DNA of 64,000 nucleotides from Gemmatimonadota bacterium (GTDB lineage Bacteria; JBHIER01; G020348925): NCBI GenBank assembly GCA_020348925.1, contig CP070758.1, positions 3,859,688 to 3,923,687 of the forward strand, read 5' to 3'. Shown piece by piece: positions 62,725 to 64,000 of this stretch (position 1 is its first letter; each line of letters starts with the position of its first letter). The notes under the pieces were generated by a model. It saw only the letters and a program-made list of their open reading frames with translations, ran no database searches and was not told where the DNA came from. The position numbers and the translations under genes were made by a program.

Positions 62725-64000
62725 GTGGGCCACAACCCTGTGATCGATGCCCCGACGTGCTCGGTTCTGGAGTTCGACAAGATCAGAGAAATTTTGGCCG
62801 GATTCACCCTCTGCCCGATAGGATACGAGCTCGCGAACCGCCTCGCCCCCATTCAGGATGCGGATCAGCTCGAGCTGTTGCAGGATCAGGTGAGCGAGCT
62901 GAAGGCTCTGCGCCAGTTTGATGATCCCTTCCCTCTGGCGACCTGTGAGGATATCAGACCCATTCTCAAAAAGTGTCGGATCGAGGGGATGGTTCTTGCC
63001 CCACCCGAGATTCTGAAAATCCATCACATCCTACAGACGGCGCGGTTGGTGAAGGAGTATGTCGAGGAGCGCCGGACAAAATATCTTCTCCTCTCAGAGG
63101 TCGTTGAGCCCATCACAGGCTTTCCGGATTTTGAGAAAAAGGTGTCCAAAATATTCGACGACAAGGGGGAACTATCGGATAATGCCAGCGAAGCGCTGCG
63201 AAACATCCGGCGTGAACAAAAGCAAGCCCACGATGCGTTGCGCAAAACTTTGGACAAAGCCCTCACCGAGTTTCAGAGAAAAGGTGCCGTCCAGGAAGCG
63301 GTCATCACGATTCGAGAGGGGCGGTTTGTTCTGCCGGTAAAGGTCGAGCACCGGAATACGGTCGAAGGTGTGGTCCATGATCAGTCCGCCAGCGGGGCAA
63401 CTCTGTTCATCGAACCGCTTTCCGTTATTGAGCGGAATAACCGGCTGCGTGAGCTGCAGCTTTCGGAGAGACGGGAAATTCGCACAATCCTGACCGATCT
63501 GACCAAGTGGATAGGCCAGCATGCCGATGGGATCGGGATCGCTGCGCAGCAGTTGGGGGAGGTGGATTTTATTCATGCCAAGGCGACCATGTCTCTTGAA
63601 TTTGAGGGAACGAGGCCGATCCTCAATAGAGAGAATCGGATCGAAATTGTCGGTGGCAAGCATCCCCTGTTGATGAGGAGAGAGAGTTCGGCCAAGGAGA
63701 AAGTGGTGCCGTTAAACCTGAAGCTGGGTGATGGTTTTCGAACCCTCGTCATTACCGGCCCGAATGCCGGAGGCAAGACGGTCGCCCTGAAGACCGTCGG
63801 CTTGCTGATCCTCATGGCCCAATCGGGAATGCACGTGCCCGCTGCTGAGGGCACTGAGTTGGCCGTATTCGACCTCGTCTTCGCCGATATTGGCGACCAA
63901 CAGTCGATCGAACGGGACCTGAGCAGTTTTTCGGCCCATCTCCAGCAGTTGAAGATCGTCGTGGAAAAATCTGACGAGAGAAGCCTTGTCCTCATCGATG
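62725..64000 (+). CDS. mutS2: endonuclease MutS2 (3'-partial, missing from ORF track)
   Basis: Hand translation: VLEFDKIRE, GVVHDQSASGATLFIEP, KHPLL, ITGPNAGGKTVALK, DIGDQQSIERDLSSFSAH, LVLID. Runs off the window end; start could be 62740. Confidence 0.93.
   Translation, partial: MGHNPVIDAPTCSVLEFDKIREILAGFTLCPIGYELANRLAPIQDADQLELLQDQVSELKALRQFDDPFPLATCEDIRPILKKCRIEGMVLAPPEILKIHHILQTARLVKEYVEERRTKYLLLSEVVEPITGFPDFEKKVSKIFDDKGELSDNASEALRNIRREQKQAHDALRKTLDKALTEFQRKGAVQEAVITIREGRFVLPVKVEHRNTVEGVVHDQSASGATLFIEPLSVIERNNRLRELQLSERREIRTILTDLTKWIGQHADGIGIAAQQLGEVDFIHAKATMSLEFEGTRPILNRENRIEIVGGKHPLLMRRESSAKEKVVPLNLKLGDGFRTLVITGPNAGGKTVALKTVGLLILMAQSGMHVPAAEGTELAVFDLVFADIGDQQSIERDLSSFSAHLQQLKIVVEKSDERSLVLID

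Noticed and set aside
62539-63995. Minus-strand and short plus-strand ORFs at the right end
   Set aside because: Shadows of the partial mutS2 gene.

Overview
Window from a diderm bacterium, probably FCB-superphylum/KSB1-like (inferred from LptE, TonB and a large secreted protein with a 'QNYPNPFN' C-terminal sorting motif). Most of 6-37 kb is minus-strand housekeeping: purine salvage, ligA, recN-nadK-dxs-ispA-xseBA, folD, ymdB-rny-rarA, zapAB, infC-rpmI-rplT, four tRNAs, uppP-manC-PMM and hutU/hutI. Three things stand out. (1) 37.9-47.1 kb is an apparently uncharacterised RiPP-like cluster. Its 58-aa precursor (42785-42961, minus strand, absent from the ORF track) has a YxxP leader and 40 uncharged Ala/Val/Trp-rich residues. 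The cluster also encodes two radical SAM enzymes, an RRE-GNAT-like fusion plus an RRE-less paralogue, two DUF3108-like proteins, two small membrane proteins and an ABC exporter. (2) 1-3845 (minus strand, also absent from the track because it runs off the edge) encodes a >1281-aa fusion of a DyP-type heme peroxidase domain to a glycyl radical enzyme with intact Cys and Gly loops. (3) FolD is fused in frame to an RNase HIII catalytic domain. Also present are a short 6S-like RNA, an IscU gene between hutU and hutI, a PadR-RND efflux operon, a cohesin/dockerin/DUF11 surface protein broken by a 100-N gap, and rpsU-cvpA-mutS2. All family calls come from motif recognition by eye; no searches were run.
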